From assembly GCA_013239625.1 (NCBI GenBank), contig MU054220.1:2603374-2667373 (forward strand): a stretch of DNA of 64,000 bases, given 5' to 3'. The position numbers and the translations under genes are program-made. The notes beneath the pieces are model-generated. The model was not told where the DNA came from. It saw nothing but the letters and a program-made list of their open reading frames with translations, and did no database searches. This DNA comes from Lama guanicoe (Eukaryota). Positions 61,765 through 64,000 of the stretch are shown here, one piece after another. Position 1 is the first letter of the stretch. Every line of letters starts with the position of its first letter.

Positions 61765-61926
61765 TAGATTTATTTATTTTATTTTTATTTTATTTATTTT
61801 CAAAGGAGGGAGGTAATTAGGTTTATTTATTTACTTACTTATTTTTTTAATGGAAGTACTGGGGATTGAACCCAGGACCTCATGCATGCTAACATGCACT
61901 TTACCACTGAGCTATACCCTCTCCCT
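61765..61926 (-). mobile_element. tRNA-derived camelid-type SINE
   Basis: ggaggtaattaggtttatttat...gtactggggattgaacccaggacctcatgcatgctaacatgcactttaccactgagctataccctctccc. Confidence 0.9.
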
Positions 61927-63399
61927 CATCACACTGTTTTATAGATATTTGTTCACATTTTTCTGTGTCCTATGTGATCGCACGTATGCAATCACTCCAA
62001 GGGTCTGTGCTTGTATCTTTGATTCCAGTAAGGTGACTTGTAAATTTTTTCTCTTCTCTGGGTGTGTGTGTTTAATTAATTAACGAAGTTATGCGACATC
62101 TCGGGTTCCTCTAGTCTTGCAGTACGGTCCTCCCCTCCTCACCCTGGATTGTGCTCCCTCATTCTGTGGCCCCACACTCTGTCTTTCTCTCTCCCTCTCT
62201 CTCAAAAACCCTTACACTAACCTTACTCTGAGCCTTCATCTGTACTAAGTAGTAAATAACTCATGGTCATTTGCAGTGTCCTTACCAGGGGTAGATACTG
62301 CAGAATAGAAAAAATGAATAGTCCACCTCTCCTGTCCTCAAGGGTCTCCATTCCTAGTGTCCTGTGTGTTTTGGTTCTCCGTCCCCAAACGGCAGCACCA
62401 TGCCTTGTCCGCCCTCTGTGCTTACTGACTCCTGGTTTGGTGAATGGATCTAAGCATGAAAATGTGGGGATGGAGCACCTGGGGTCCAGCACTCTCCAGC
62501 CAGGCCATTTGGCCACACAATTGACAGCTGGACCCAATGTTCCAAACCAGGGCTGTTATTTCTTTTTCACTTATTTAAAGCCAACAGGCTGTTCTGAGAA
62601 GCACGTCAGACTAAAAACTTGGACTGCTTGTTTTATGAGGGAAAAAAATCACTAAGAGACCGAGGAGAGAAATTGGAAAAGGACTGAAACGCACCTCATG
62701 GGGGTTGTCGCTATTTTAAAATGCTTGACTCTAACCGGCGTCATTTCTCCCTTAAATGCTTGGAGCTCTGTGGGGAGGAAAAGCTAGAGAATTTGTAGAC
62801 AAATTCCCTGCCCTCAATAAGCTTATTATTTATGCCACATGCCTTATTTAGCTCCTCGCTTGTCCTCTGTCCCACTTTTCATGGAGCCTTTCTATTCATC
62901 GCATTGTTGTGATGTTTGTTTAATTACGCCGTTGATGATAAACCTTTGCCGAGTGCCAGTAGTATGCACAACAATGTAAGAAACGGGCAGTTAGGTCCCA
63001 GTTATAACTGAGCTTATAACACAAGCTCAACTAGGTTTCTGCGTTTCTCCATGTCTCTGTGGCTTTTTGTTTTTCCCTCGGTGTTCAGTGTGTTCACAGG
63101 AAGGCGCCACCCTTCACCTGCTCCGTCCACAGCTCTAAGAACCATAGCCTCTTCCTAAGCCTACATTTGAACCTTTTGGCCTCCTCTCCCACCTGCCTCC
63201 CTTTTCGTCAGAGAGGTATTTTGGAACAAGAACCGCTTCTTCACAGGTTGGGCCCAATGCTGATCCCAGGGAAAGGAGGCAGAATCCCTGGTCTTCCCTC
63301 TTTTTCTGGGGAACAGGGCCCAGGCACTCCTAAGGCACTTTCAGGCAGAAGGTGATTTCAGTGGCTGAAGAAGCCCAAACTCTGCCCAAATCTTGCCTT

Positions 63400-64000
63400 C
63401 CTTTGCCTGAAGTGATGGGGAACCCCTCGCGTGCCGGCAGTAAATCCTGCGACAGCTGGTTCTGGATAAATAAGCCTGGTCACCCGATCCCTGCCGGCTC
63501 CAGGGGAGAGGCCGGGAGGGGCTCCTCTGCCCACAGGACCGTGCTGCTGTGGGACTGGTTTCCTGGGGATAATTAACGCTCCTCTGCCACGGCCCAGATC
63601 AAACCCAGCCACGGGCTGATGTTATGACACCTTACAATATTTGTTGACACTGTTTTCCTCCTCAGATTGCCACCCTGTCTTCCTGAGGTGAAGGGGAGGA
63701 GGGAGAGAGGTGGGGAAGCCAAAAGAGGAAGGTAGGGAAGAGACTCGGGTCACGTCTCAGCCTGGAGCGGGGCTGCTCCCCACTGCGCCTTTTCTGACGT
63801 TTTTGTCCAATCTTGTTGGTGTCTCAACCTCCCTGGGGTTTTGGCCGCTTCCCCTGGGGAGGTGATTTTTCACAGTGAGTCCGCTTGTCCCTGACTTTCA
63901 GCTTCTAGCACTGTCTTAATTCCAGCCATTGTCTCACTTTTAAATGCACATGAAATAGCCCATCCTTCTTTGATTCTTTTCACCTTGCTGGTGTTTGTAG
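63400..64000. promoter_or_regulatory. Repeat-free, moderately CpG-enriched candidate regulatory region
   Basis: Raised GC and CpG; clustered TAATTA, AGATCAAA and FOX-like motifs at 63570-63650. Confidence 0.4.

Noticed and set aside
1..64000. Assigning a named gene or locus, or a prokaryote-type system (CRISPR, operon, defence island)
   Set aside because: No recognisable exon anchors an identity; the sequence is clearly mammalian repeat-rich DNA with no repeat-spacer array or gene cluster

Overview
This is mammalian (eutherian) non-coding DNA. The lineage-specific tRNA-derived SINEs and young L1 3' ends look camelid (camel/alpaca/llama); that is an inference from remembered repeat consensus, not a search. 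I recognise no host protein-coding exon, tRNA, rRNA or snRNA. The only recognisable protein-like ORFs are retroelement relics: L1 ORF2, an L1/HAL1 ORF1 and an ERV-L pol. Three CpG-island-like blocks lie at about 2.95-3.5, 6.6-7.1 and 7.55-8.05 kb and carry NRF1, CCAAT, GC-box and CRE motifs. They are followed by about 55 kb that is dense in repeats (L1, L2, MIR, MaLR/ERVL, hAT) and contains one 136-N assembly gap. A few repeat-free, homeobox-motif-rich islands look like enhancers, and another regulatory-looking stretch closes the window. The most notable observations are: a strong minus-strand bias of young retroinsertions (16 of 18), suggesting an unannotated + strand transcription unit; two short local copy-and-paste duplications (104 bp at 92% identity, and about 160 bp); a perfect 64-bp (TA)n-centred palindrome; and a speculative minus-strand spliced exon chain with a 70-aa ORF. 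I found no convincing evidence of a new multi-gene biological system. Repeat family names and most boundaries are by-eye estimates.
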